A stretch of DNA of 64,000 nt from the NCBI GenBank assembly GCA_951406725.2, contig OX597821.1, forward strand, positions 64,480,001 to 64,544,000, written 5' to 3'. The DNA is from Octopus vulgaris. Taxonomy: Eukaryota. Positions within the stretch are counted from its first letter, which is position 1, and each line of letters begins with the position of its first letter. A program made the translations under genes and the position numbers. Below the pieces are notes generated by a model. It saw nothing but the letters and a program-made list of their open reading frames with translations, was not told where the DNA came from and did not search any database. Shown piece after piece: positions 24,540-37,612 of the stretch.

Positions 24540-24715
24540 CGGATAAAAGAACGAATAAACAAAGAAGAAAACCAACGAACGTGAGGACGTGCACATGGAG
24601 TATATTAGCTTGACGCTCGTTGAAATGAGAGAGTTTAACGTTTCGAGCATAACTCTTCGTTGGAAAGGAGAAAGGGAAAGGTACAAATGAGGAGGAGGAG
24701 GAGGGGAAATCGATA
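24540..24715 (-). mobile_element. PLE-type pseudo-LTR fragment with degenerate hammerhead motif (24632-24668)
   Basis: Minus: CCAACGA A GAGT TAT GCTC GAAA CG TTA; homologous to 16800-16960. Confidence 0.55.
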
Positions 24716-25290
24716 AACACATAGACGTACATACATATGCGTGTGTATCTTGGCAAGCAATGTTTTCAACACAACATGAACGAAAGCGAATCAAGAGGGC
24801 AAGTAGTAACAAATGCTGTATTCATTTAACGCGTAAGTGAAGGGAAAGAACCATAGCCTTACGATATCAAGACCTGAGAAACTGTCAGTTACAGAAATGA
24901 AACTGACTAATTCTGTAATCAATGAAGTTCAGTGTAATATCCAGCTTAGATATAGGGAGAAATAGAGATTGATTGATGATCTGGCGGTCAGGGTTTAATT
25001 CTATAAAGAGCAAAAACAAAAACAAAAGCAAAAAAGCCAGTGAATTCAATTCGTATTGATGTGAGAAAATGTGAATTCTGACATTTCAGACTATGTTTAC
25101 ACTAGTTGTTTACCTAAGTGGTTTAAAATCATCTATGTTGAAACTACACACACTCTAGGTACTTGCATGATGGGTGCTCGAGAATCTGTAGGATTTATGC
25201 TTCACATCAATATTAAAGGTGCTCTCAGGCATTTTTAAAGTGTATCCTGTTACGAGGAATGGTGAAAGACCAAGTATATAATGTATACAT

Positions 25291-25680
25291 AGGCGCAGAA
25301 GTGGCTGTGTGGTAAGTAGCTTGCTTACCAACCACATGATTCCGGGTTCTGTCCCACTGCGTGGCATCTAGCCTCAGGCCGACCAAAACCTTGTGAGTGG
25401 ATTTGGTAGACGGAAACTGAAAGAAGCCCGTCGTATGTATATGTATGTGTATGTGTGTGTGTATGTTTGTGTGTCTGTATTTGTCCCTCTAGCATTGCTT
25501 GACAACTGATGCTGGTGAGTTTATGTCTCCGTCACCTAGCGGATCGGCAAAAGAGACCGATAGAATAAGTACTATACTTACAAAGAATAAGTCCTGGGGT
25601 CGATTTGCTCGACTAAAGGCAGTGCTCCAGCATGGCCGCAGTCAAATGACTGAAACAAGTAAAAGAGTAAAAGAGAGTAA
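25291..25680 (+). mobile_element. SINE family A, near full length
   Basis: AGGCGCAGAAGTGGCTGTGTGGTAAGTAGCTTGC... through ...GAAACAAGTAAAAGAG. Confidence 0.92.
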
Positions 25681-26154
25681 AATAAAGTACTTACCTAACC
25701 TGGTTGTTGAGTTATCATCCTTGATTCGGTTTGTTTTAGTATCTGTTTTACACATGGAAAGTTTTGCTAACTGGCGCGGCAAACATAATTTGGATTTGCT
25801 CTGTTTAGCACCTCTATTAGGCGCAATAAATCTTTAACAATATCTGTTTTGATGCACTCGTACAAGATCGTCGATCTGAAGATAGCTTTCTTCTTCCTTC
25901 CTGGGGTTTCAGACACTTGTGTAGCATTGCCTGGCCTATGTGGTATTTCATATGAGAAAGTTATATTTCTTTAAATGTTGGGTTGTGGGTTTGATGGATA
26001 TGAGTAATATTTCCCTCTATAACTAAATGTTGTGAAAGTCTAAGATAGACAGAGGGGGGGAGAGAGAGAGAGAGAGAGAGAAAGGGACAGATAGATAGAT
26101 ACACAGTTAAACAGATAAGGAGATGGATAGGTAGAAATATATATATATGTATCG

Positions 26155-26285
26155 AGTGGCCGTGTGGCAAGTGGCTTGCCTCCAGCCACTTGGTTCCGGG
26201 CAAGTGTTTACTACTATAGCCGCGGACCGACCAAACCCTTGTGAGTTGATCTGGTAGACGGAAACTGAAAGAAGCCCATCGTACA
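26155..26285 (+). mobile_element. SINE family A, 5' fragment
   Basis: Head and body with an internal deletion, ending in (TA)n. Confidence 0.8.
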
Positions 26286-26300
26286 TATACATATGTATGT

Positions 26301-26352
<52 letters not shown>

Positions 26353-26422
26353 TTATGGCATATTCTGTTAAGAACGTAGTAGACTATAGTATAAACGTCG
26401 TCCACCTATCTGTCGCGTGTGA

Positions 26423-26458
<36 letters not shown>

Positions 26459-26779
26459 CAAGAGAAAGTTAGATAGATAGAGAGAGAGAGAGAAGGAGAA
26501 AAAGAAAGAGAGACACAGAGACAGAGAAATAAAATAATTCTAGCTCCAATATTTTTTACGTTTATTTTTCACGAAGCGTAAATAAATAATCGAACAAACA
26601 CAGCTATGTTGTACAAGAAAGCATCTCATGGAGTTTAACAGCTTTATTCTGTTTATTTAATTCCAAGACGCATTTAACCGCATCATTTCATGCACATTTA
26701 AATACCATCCAGTATAGGGTAAGAATTTTTCATTGATCTCAACTCTCTGTAGACACAGGATTACGATGAGAATATGGAG

Positions 26780-27097
26780 AATAAAAAAAAAAAATAGCAA
26801 ATGAGAAAAAAAAAACTAAACAATTCTTTCAAGCAAAATTTCCAAACAATTTAATACCAGACTGAATATATTTGTGTTTGCGGTAACTCCATAGTTATAA
26901 ATTTATTAATTGTCTGATGGGAGTTCTGATTATTGATGTGCGTGTGAGTGTGTGGGTTCGCGCGCGCCTGTGTGTACAGAGACGCTCAGAGACGAAAGTC
27001 TTGTGTGCGTGTAAATATATATATATATAGATATATATATATATACATAAACATAGACATACATACACGGATATATTTATAGACATATATATGCATA

Positions 27098-27144
<47 letters not shown>

Positions 27145-27482
27145 AAAAAAAAAAATAGCAAATGAGAAAAAAAAAACTAAACAATTCTTTCAAGCAAAAT
27201 TTCCAAACAATTTAATACCAGACTGAATATATTTGTGTTTGCGGTAACTCCATAGTTATAAATTTATTAATTGTCTGATGGGAGTTCTGATTATTGATGT
27301 GCGTGTGTGTATGTGTGTGTGTGTGTGTGTGAGTGTGTGGGTTCGCGCGCGCCTGTGTGTACAGAGACGCTCAGAGACGAAAGTCTTGTGTGCGTGTAAA
27401 TATATATATATATAGATATATATATATATACATAAACATAGACATACATACACGGATATATTTATAGACATATATATGCATA

Positions 27483-27530
<48 letters not shown>
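26780..27530. repeat. Near-identical ~360-bp tandem duplication
   Basis: Units start at 26780 and 27141; they differ essentially only in microsatellite length. Confidence 0.92.
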
Positions 27531-27546
<16 letters not shown>

Positions 27547-27623
27547 CATACAAACACATGTAAATTGTAAATTGTATATATATATATATATATATATGCA
27601 TGTTTCTTTCTTATCTTTTCTTC

Positions 27624-27700
<77 letters not shown>

Positions 27701-28332
27701 CAATAAGAGGGAGAGAGAAAGAATATAGGTCGATACGTAAATAGGTGCATAAACTGAAGCGACCGAATTTATTTCGTACAGCTTACATTTATTAGTATTA
27801 TATTTACTCAGAATTTTACAGGCACAAGAGAGAAATACATTCTTATGAAATTTTAAGTAATGTGAATCCTTATCATTTTCTTACTCACGCACATACATCC
27901 ACATACACACGTGTCTGTGTGCGTGTGTGTATGTAGGTATAATAGAATAAGTTATAAAGTTATGAAGAAGCTGTTGCAAAGAATGAAGTAATTTATAATA
28001 TAACTATACATATAGAAATATAGAAATTTTGTAGAAAAGCTATAAGAATGCGGAAGGTGAAAGTTGAGTGATTCGGTGATAAATCTCGCAAGTAATAGAA
28101 AGTAAACTTCTGGTAGTTCTTTATAGCTGTTTCTGGGCTTGGTGTTAATTAGAAGCCGTTTTGTGTGCGTTGTCCACATCTATATAAAGTATATGGGTGT
28201 AAGTTCCTGCATACGAAGCCGAACAAGTCTAAATTGTATCCAGGGCTGAGTAAGAACTTAGTTAATAAAAGAATTACACATTTCACTCACCACCACCACC
28301 ACTTGCCCCACGAAATGGTGACATCATATTAA

Positions 28333-28377
28333 GATGGATATTTGTCCTCATCTTATTTGTTGTTAACACAACGTTTC
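28333..28377 (-). mobile_element. Fragment of the 21988-22512 element tail
   Basis: ATATTTGTCCTCATCTTATTTGTTGTTAACACAACGTTTC. Confidence 0.75.
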
Positions 28378-28596
28378 TTCAGGTCGAGTAGATCATTTCG
28401 CTAAAAACCCTGAAGAAGGCTTGCTTAAAGATGATGAACGAAACATCTGTTTCCAGAGGTGAATTATTCAACCTCAAAGAATTCCTCTCCTGGCATGGCT
28501 ATGGTGTTCTCCAACTCATGATCAGAGTTCCATATATCGTCAGCCATTAAGAGAATGCACAATTTGTTAAAGTCAACCAACTGACAAACAAATCTG

Positions 28597-28598
<2 letters not shown>
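28376..28598. mobile_element. Interspersed repeat family E, diverged copy
   Basis: Reverse-complement homology to 16565-16800; adjoins (AAT)n. Confidence 0.6.
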
Positions 28599-28638
<40 letters not shown>

Positions 28639-28736
28639 TATATTGAACTGTAAAAAATATTATCATCATCATCATTATTGTTATGATCATCATCATCATC
28701 ATCATCATCATCATTATTATTATTATTGTTATGGGG

Positions 28737-28782
<46 letters not shown>

Positions 28783-30113
28783 GATGGCAAGCTATCAGAA
28801 GCTTTACAGCGTCGGACAAAAAAATTTTCGGACGAAAGCGATTCTGCCAGCTCGCCACATTAAACCAAGTAATAATAAGAAGAAAGGCGAAAGAGTTAAA
28901 ATTAAGGAAAAAGAAACGAAGAGAATATGAATTAATGAAGTAAGGCTTAAAAGACCGAAAAGAAATGCGTAACAAAAACAAAAAAAAAAAAAAAAATGAC
29001 AACATGGAAAATGGAAAAAATAAGGAAGCCAATGAAACAGTATTTGATCGAAAGAGAGATGAAGACAGAAAACGGTTTCTCTGATCTTAATTTTTGTTTC
29101 AACTTGGAGAAAGACACACTCCGCCTTTCATTTGCTACCTTTGCTGCCAGCACCAAGCTGGAGATCTGTCAGTTCTGATTGCAATACTGAAATTCAGCAA
29201 TGATGCAGGCTAGGCAATTTAATTAGAGACGACGCTAACTTCTTCCACGCAATTTAGCATTTCAGCAATGTATTTGTTACAATTTCAGACCGTTGAAGAA
29301 TGAAAAATGAAAGTTGAAGTGAAAAACGAAATGAAAGCTGAAAACCGGAGGAAAAAAAACCCCAGCACCAAAAACACCTCACATGACTATAGTTAAATGA
29401 ATTCTAGACACGTTGTTGTTGCGGAGATTACTGTGTATTGATAGTATCACTTATGAAGTAACACATTGCTGTCTGGTATACCATGATATAAATCTATTTT
29501 ATCAAACACATTCACTTACTGTACACCGAACGCCACTTTTTCTTGTGTAGCACTAATTGCAAGTAAATATTGACTGCAAGTACTTGATAAAAGAATGTTG
29601 TATACATATTACACAACTTGGTTCTACATAACTTTGGTTATTATTTCTAGATTGCAATTCTAGTATAAAAGTACATCATAATACTTGAATTGGCGATAAC
29701 ATACAAGTAACATATCTTGTCATTCTTAGTGTATCAAAATACATTCAGTTGAAGAAAAAAATACTTTGTTCTTCAGCTCGAGTTTCTTGTTTACAAAGAA
29801 ACAAAAATACAATGCATCATTATTTTCTCTTTTTCTGATATTCCGTAAATTATAATTATTACAATGACATGCAATTGTATTTAAAGTGAGAAAAATATGT
29901 GCCCTCCCGCACTGAGTATGCTAAATTATATAAAAATATCTTTGCAACGTTATTCCTCTTTTTGCGTTTTGTGGTTATTACAGGCAATTCCGCCAAGCAT
30001 TTGCTAATTACAGTTATTTGAAGGAAAACAAATTGTGCTAAAATATTAATGTATGCTAATTATAACAAGTTTAAAAGAAGGCATTGAGGTGTCAGAACCG
30101 CTATCACGCCGAA

Positions 30114-30520
30114 GGCGGTGAGCTGGCAGACACGTTAGCACGCCGGGAGAAATGCATAGACGTATTTCGTTTGCCGTTACATTCTGAGTTCAAATTCCGC
30201 CGAGGTCGACTTTACCTTTCATCCTTTCGGGGTCGATTAAATAAGTACCAGTTACGCACAGGGGTCGATGTAATCGACTTAATCCCTTTGTCTGTCCTTG
30301 TTTGTCCCTCTATGTTTAGCCCCTTGTGGGCAATAAAGAAATAAGAAACGTTAGCACGCCGGGCGAAATGCTTAGCGGTATTTCGTCTCTCCTTACGTTT
30401 TGAGTTCAAATTCTGCCGAGGTCGACTTTCCCTTTCACCCTTTCAGGGTCGATAAATTAAGTACCAGTTAAGTACTGGGCTCGATCTAATCGACTGCCTT
30501 GTACCTAGCGTAGAAAAGAA
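30114..30520 (+). mobile_element. Two-unit nested SINE family B with decayed 20-bp TSD
   Basis: AGAACCGCTATCACGCCGAA (30094-30113) vs AGAACCATTATCATGCCGAA (30517-30536); junction GGGCAATAAAGAAATA|AGAAACGTTAGC. Confidence 0.9.
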
Positions 30521-30544
30521 CCATTATCATGCCGAATAAAATTC

Positions 30545-30720
30545 TTAGCAGCATTCTTTTTCGTCTTTACGTTCTGAGTTCAAATTCCACCGTGATCAAT
30601 TTTGTCTTCCAATCATTTTGTAGTTGATAAAAGAACAACCAACACCGGTTTCATACCGGCGTTAATGTAATCGACTTAGCCCCCCACCCAAATTGCTGGC
30701 TCTTTGACAACAGTTGAAAT
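30545..30720 (+). mobile_element. Old SINE family B copy
   Basis: CGTCTTTACGTTCTGAGTTCAAATTCCACCG...ATGTAATCGACTTAGCCCC. Confidence 0.7.
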
Positions 30721-30966
30721 AAATATTAGTTTAAATGCAGTTGGAGAAAGGATGTGCTGTAGCCAGTCAGACGAATCGTTAGCATGTATTAGCAATATAT
30801 TAAAAGGTACACTAGCGCGTGTACGCAAACCCAACACACACACACATACATAAACACACCTACACACGCCAAAGATTTCTAAGATTATATACAGGTTTAT
30901 GATTTATCTATCCATCTATATATGTTTTTTATCATTGTACATTTTTCTCTTTCTCTCTCTCCTTCT

Positions 30967-31019
<53 letters not shown>

Positions 31020-32656
31020 TAGATAGATAGATAGTTAGATAGAGAGATAGATAGAGAGATATGTATATAAATGTGTTTGCGTGTGTGCGCTTGTGTGTAT
31101 GTACAGAAAGAGAGAGGGAGATGCATACATATATATATGTATATATACTTGTGTATATTTTATACATATATGTGTGTGTGCTTGTGTGTGTGTATGTTCA
31201 TGTGTGAAATATAATATTTAGTACTAATGTCACTATAATGTGGATCATATTTCAACTGTGGTATTGTGCGTTTTACCGTAGATTACCATCCTTATACTCT
31301 TAGTCCTCTTAAAGCATAAAGCTTATCTAGCGTCAGACAAGCTTCTTACTAAAACTATTTATCAGACAGAATCCAAAATTTTAGAAAATTTACCAATGAT
31401 GCATACATGTCAGTTGCGGTCATTACCATGAGATATGGCTACACTTCTTAACACATCAAGCAACCATTAATAGGTTTCTTACAAAATGTAGTTGTTGTTG
31501 TTAACCACGAGTAATAACTGACTGAGAAAGCATACATACCAATAACAGTTATGTAGCTTTTTCATTTGTGTAATGAAATGTGACTTTTGCTAAGAATTCG
31601 TTCCGATTTACAGCATTCTGAATTCAAATTAAATGGAGGTCTGATTTTCCTTCCTCTTTTCAGCATCGACAAAAACTAGCACCAATCCTGAGCTGTAGAG
31701 GGTTAGAACAAATTTTAGAACGTTGAGCGTGGTTACCTTGCCGTATTCGTTTCATTTCCTTGATGTCCGAGTTCTTGGCTCTCAATCTTCGTTCAGTTTA
31801 GTCCACTACTCACCACATGGTCCTTTGTATTAGCCGACTCTACTCTTTTGAAGGAAATTTCTCCCTCTCACTACTCGTTGAAGCCCTGAAAAATTTAAGG
31901 GTTGCAACTGCAATGAAACGTAAAATTAACAATGATGCAGGAGACCTAGATGTGCCTAATGGTTGGTTAATTGTCATAGTCTCAATTAGTCACGCTTGAA
32001 AATCAAGCAGCAATGTCTTATGATGTCTGTTTTTAATAGGACCCTACGGAGGAAATGCCTGAGAACTCTATCCCAACAACTCTCCTAGGAATAGTCGACG
32101 GAGGACATGGAACCAAGGATGGAATAATATTTAAGTGAAGTTAGCAGTCTCTGTTTGATCCTGTATGGCTAATATGTATCTTCCACTCTGTAAAATAAAA
32201 ATTATTATCTTATAACACAAGCTTACTCTAAACGTGCATTAACCGACCTGGATGTATCACCTCGTGATAATGGGATAATATAAATTTATTCAGAAGAAGC
32301 TACGAAGTCCATGAAGAATTTCTGCGTTATTTTACCTGTGTCCTCTAACTTTACTAACGTAAAGTTAGAGTTTATTTCCTCTTCTATATCAGATCAACAT
32401 TTCTATAAAACTTTTCCAGAAGTATTTTGAAATATGAGATGATTGTTTGATGCAGAATGTGTAAACAGTAAGAATATATTTAGTGAGTGAGAGGGTGTAT
32501 TTGTATATGTATGTGTGTGTGTATGAGAGAGAGAGAGAAAAAAGGATAGACGAGAGAGAGAAAGAAGGAGAGAGAAAGGAAGAATTTCCATCTTGACTAC
32601 CACAGGAACATAATGTCAATAATTTCGTTCTTTAAATCGATGCATTCTCTGTGTTC

Positions 32657-32711
<55 letters not shown>

Positions 32712-34499
32712 CCGCGCTGTCATACACAGCAACATGCAAAGAAAGACACACATACACATGTGCAGATATATACACAAACACATAAAATACACAACTAATT
32801 TTTTTCCCAATCTCTTCAGTTCGCCATTTGATAAGAGGAAGCTTCGTACTTATTGCTGTTGTTATTGCTCTTGTTGATGGCGTTACATTTCTTCTTTTAT
32901 TGCTTTATTCCTGTTGTTGCTGCTGTTGTTTTTGTTGTTGTTATGTGCCGCTGTTATCCGTTTATTCTTGTTCTTGTTCATGTTGTTGTTGCCGTTTTTG
33001 TTGTACGCTGCTGGCGTTTTCGTGAGATGAAAGATATATAGCAGTACTAAAAGAGGAAATTCCTTCAGGGTATACGTTTTTCTTTTCTTTTTTAATTTCC
33101 AAGTGTAAAACATTTCTCAGACGATCTACAGTTGCTAAATTTGTTTTTCGTCTTGTTTCAGAATATCTGGATCACAAAGAAGAACATATCTATTACTGCT
33201 TCTTAGATATTGATTTCTAATTTCAATATAAGACATGCCATGTCTTCTGTCTCTCCAGTATGTTGCTGGTGTAGTTCCAACGACCATCTAGTAATAACAC
33301 GGGCCCCCAGAGGTTCCACGGTAGAGTCCGCCATACTTGAAGACTTAGCTTTTTAAAAACATGTCTCTAGAACCCGCTTCAAATCCACACTACGTCTGCT
33401 CCGATAATCGGTGGATAATTGATCAGCGAATCCTCGGCGACAGTCGTCACTTGACGGCAAAAGGAGCTGTTACAAATCACACAATGCCAAAATGTGCATA
33501 CATGTGCCCAGGGATCAGATCAGGGAACGGCATTTTGGGCATTACTTTACCTGCCTGAACCGCTTCGACTACGATCGGCCGTTGAATGTGATGAACTCGT
33601 TGATTACGGCTAGCTCAACTCACCCTGAGTGAATACCGTCGCAATTACAAGTAAATTGTAAATATTTAACTGGAGAGAGTCATCCCAAAGCGTGATATGA
33701 TGCCTTGGCCACATGCAATACCAAAACCAAAAGTACTAATGATTTGTACTGTGTGTCTTTTAAGACACACGCTTCTTTATTTTATTTGTTCTGTCCTGAC
33801 GTTTATTCTGTTCAGTTCGTGATTATGGCTGCCAGTGCAATATTAATCACTTCAACAAATATTTCAGTCTGACACTAAGTGTCTATCATTGTTATCCGGG
33901 TCACGAAGGGACCTTTCTAAAGTCGGCCACTGGTAGAAGGCAGATTAGATACGACCAGTCATCTCATCAAACGCTGTAACAAGTTCGCCTATACACCAGT
34001 ATAGCATGGTATTTTATTTCTCGATTTGTAAACGACAAAAATGTAAATTGAACCTCGATATGATATAAACTCAGAGTGCAGGAAGCCAAGCTGTAGGCTT
34101 CTGCAAAGCGGCCTCATTTCTTAAATCTTACGTGCAAGTGGTTTGGTAAATCCCAGTAAAGAAAATGTTATAAAGCGGCTTGTAATGGTATCAATAACTG
34201 ATCATTCGTGAGTTTTACTATATATTTAGTTACAGTAGCGATAGATTCTAATTCAGATTTACCAGAGTGCCAGAGACTCTTTTCCATGCCAGTTAGGAAA
34301 ACACCGGTCATTTTAATGTGGTCATTTTAATGTGGTGTGAAGGAAAGAAAGTTGTGAATCTAGTCTCATGAACATAACACGGACGCCGCTCGGGCTCGAA
34401 AGATTGACCGTTATGTCAATGGTTACCTCTTTTACAATAGAATATATGGCACATTGGGATTTTGTTATTGCGGGATGGACAGAGATATGCCAAAGAGAA

Positions 34500-35090
34500 T
34501 AGCTTGAGGAACCGGCCCAAGTTTTTCTAATGGGTCAGGGGTGAAATGCATGTTCATTCCGGATACCAGTTTGGATTATAATAAAGCTGAGATCCGACTA
34601 GTCGGCTGTGAGAATAGGATGTGAACATTGGGTGTAGGTGAAGGGGGTAGATTGAATGAAGCAGCGAGAATTGTGATTTGGTGGGGAAGACTTTTGAGAA
34701 ATTTTTGTGAGACGGATATGAAGGTGTTAGTCTCAGTTGCATGTAGATGATGGAAAATATTGATGTAGGAAATTCAGAACTGGGCGTGTTTTACTGTCTA
34801 GATTTGCAGGATCGGTATGTTATGAATGTGAACGAGGAGCTGTGTGTGCTGAAGTTAACGAGGACAATAACTTCAATCAAAAGTAAAACAAGATATTCTT
34901 TCGCGATGTACGCACAGATGTGGTGAAGGGTTTGCTTGTAATTCGAGTAGTTTTGAGAGCAAAAAAGAAAAGAGCAGATACGTTTGAAGGAGAAAGGGAA
35001 CAAAATATTGAACTAGATTTATTGGTGGGAGAGTTAAGCAACAACTTCATTTTAACCCCGTCCATTATCACTTTTATGCTTTTTACCCTT
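34500..35090 (-). pseudogene. Possible decayed PLE RT/linker coding fragment
   Basis: Frameshifted minus-strand pieces ETN.F...FP-PNH...SPTPNV resemble the linker of PLE proteins. Confidence 0.35.
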
Positions 35091-35632
35091 CTGAAAATAG
35101 CAGCTCATTCTAGCTCGATTGGGTTTTAAAGAAAGGAAGGACACCATTTTGGTTTGCATACCCTAAAACTGCCTTTAAATCAATCGGTACTAAACTGGTG
35201 TTAAGCAGTAACAAACAGCGGTCAAGCTTCTATCGTATCACGTCCTGCCTTAAGGAAAGGACACATTGCCTAGTGAAGCCCTAGATAACACTAATATAAC
35301 AGACATTCACACAGGAATTACTTGCTACTATAAGTCCTGCCTAGTGCTAAACAACAACGCTTACACAAACAGCAATTGAAATCTAAGGATATGACTTGCA
35401 GGATTTTCAAAATGTTATTAATCTTCGATGCAACGATAAGAATCCAGTGATATTGATTTCTGTACATTATTTCCGTATCGACATAATAATATATGTTTGG
35501 ACATAGAAAGGAATAAGTAATCTTTATAGAATCGTAATATGAATGTCGTGTGTGTTCGTGTGTTTGTGTTTGTGTGTGTAAGTGTGAGTTTATATATATA
35601 TATATATATATATATTAAAAGAGAGAGAGATG

Positions 35633-35664
<32 letters not shown>

Positions 35665-36436
35665 ATATTATTGAAAGAGAGAGAGAGAGAAAGAGAGATA
35701 TGTATATGTACTGGACTCTGTTATCTAATATTTCCTTGTTATAGGATAAGATATAATGTCACCTGAGACAGATTTGTTATTTCTTTTAGTTAGAGTAAGT
35801 AGAGGCAACCTCGTAGAAGTTTCGTCATCGGTTCGCATATTGTTGAAATGATTGTAGATCATACATAACAAGATTAGATGTTTCAATTAACTAAATCGGG
35901 CTTCGTGACTATGATCTAAATTCCCACTGGTTTTCAATCTCGCTAATAGATATCCAAGGATTAAGTTAAATCGTTATAAACTCATTCAGATCGAATGCGT
36001 GATTTGAGTTGGGAAGCGTCAATGATTTTGATAAGATTATCTCTAGTGTCGAACTTCAAAAATATGATTTTTGCATTCCAAATTTTGGCAAGGATATTGC
36101 GATTCTCTGGATTTGATGAAATAACATCTAATACTGTTTAAAAGCATCTAGCGCCAGGTTCCCGCTGATAATGACGACTTTATTCATCTTGTTGTCAATC
36201 CTCTTATTGGTTTATGCTTATATATCGCAGCTGATATAATTAATGCGGTTCTAATATAGTAACTGATATAATTAATTTATATAATTACACGCACATATTC
36301 CTCTTTGATCAATCCCGTATTTGTATTCCTACTGCTTCAGAAGTATTTGTACTCGTTGAGAGAGTAGAAACAAATTACATGCTCTCTTAAATATATTCAT
36401 AGCAGAATGGTAAACAACTAGCATGGTAAACAACCC

Positions 36437-36580
36437 GGTTTCCATTCCCAGACCGGGCATTGTGAGTGTTTATTGAGCAAATACACCTGCAGCTCTACGA
36501 GGTTCCGGCGAAGGAAGTGGGGTGAACCCTGCTGTACTCCTTCACCACAACTTTCCCCCACTCTTTTTTCCTACGTCTGC
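36437..36580 (+). mobile_element. SINE family C body (5'-truncated)
   Basis: GGTTTCCATTCCCAGACCGGGCATTGTGAGTGTTTATTGAGC...CCCTGCTGTACTCC. Confidence 0.8.
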
Positions 36581-36864
36581 CACAAAGCAGAGGAACCATG
36601 GTGTAACCCACTATGGTGTGGTAAACTTTCAGACCCTAGTCTAGATTGCGAATCCTCTGTACCCCAGGATGGTTCAGCTCTCCACCCGTTAAAATCCACC
36701 GTTTACGGAATGAGGATAACAACGTAGCTTTCGCGCCCGAGCAACCGGCAGTCTATCGCGTGTGTGTGGGTGGATCTTCAAGTTGCCACACGCATTCTTA
36801 GTAGCTTAGAGTAGGCTCGGAATTGGAGATTATTCTTTGTGGCAAATGGCGTGAGTCTTGATTG

Positions 36865-36973
36865 GAAGAAGAAGAAGAAGAAGAAGAAGAAGAAGAAGAA
36901 GAAGAAGAAGAAGAAGAAGAAGAAGAAGAAGAAGAAGAAGAAGAAGAAGAAGAAGAAGAAGAAGAAGAAGAAG
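36865..36973. repeat. Perfect (GAA)n
   Basis: Directly visible. Confidence 0.97.
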
Positions 36974-37020
36974 ACATTAGCAACAACTACAGCAACAGCA
37001 GCAGAAATAGAATCAATATT

Positions 37021-37612
37021 CTTTTCTACCCTAGGCACAAGGCCCAAAACTTCTGCGGAAGGTCAGTCGATTAGATCAATTCCAGTACACAACTGGTACA
37101 TAATTTATCTACCCCGAAAGGATGAAGGCAATGTCGACCTTGGTGGAATTTGAACTCAGATCGTAAAGACAGACGAAATACCTATTTCTTTACTACCCAC
37201 AAGGGGCTAAACACAGAGATGACAAACAAGGACGGACAAAAGGATTAAGTCGATTATATCGATCCTAGTGCGTAACTGGTACTTATTTAATCGACCCCGA
37301 AAGGATGAAAGGCAAAGTCGATCTCGGCGGAACGGGAACTCAGAACGTAGCGGCAGACGAAATACCTATTTCTTTACTACCCACAAGGGGCTAAACAAAG
37401 AGAGGACAAACAAGGAGAGACGAATGGATTAAGTCGATTACGTCAACCCCAGTGAGTAACTGGTACTTAATTTACCGAGCTCGAAAGGATGAAAGGCGAA
37501 GTCGACCTCGGCGGAATTTGAACTCAGAACGTAACCGCAGATGAAATACGTCTATGCATTTCGCCCGGCGTGCTAACGCCTCTACCAGCTCGCCCTGCGA
37601 GCTCGCCGCCTT
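37021..37612 (-). mobile_element. Three-unit nested SINE family B with perfect 18-bp TSD
   Basis: AGAAATAGAATCAATATT at 37003-37020 and 37613-37630. Confidence 0.93.

Noticed and set aside
28405-28455. CTGAAGA...GAAACATCTGTT
   Set aside because: No stem II, and the homologous family E copy lacks the core.
33140-33210. Polypyrimidine tract plus CAG resembling a splice acceptor
   Set aside because: No convincing downstream coding sequence or donor site.
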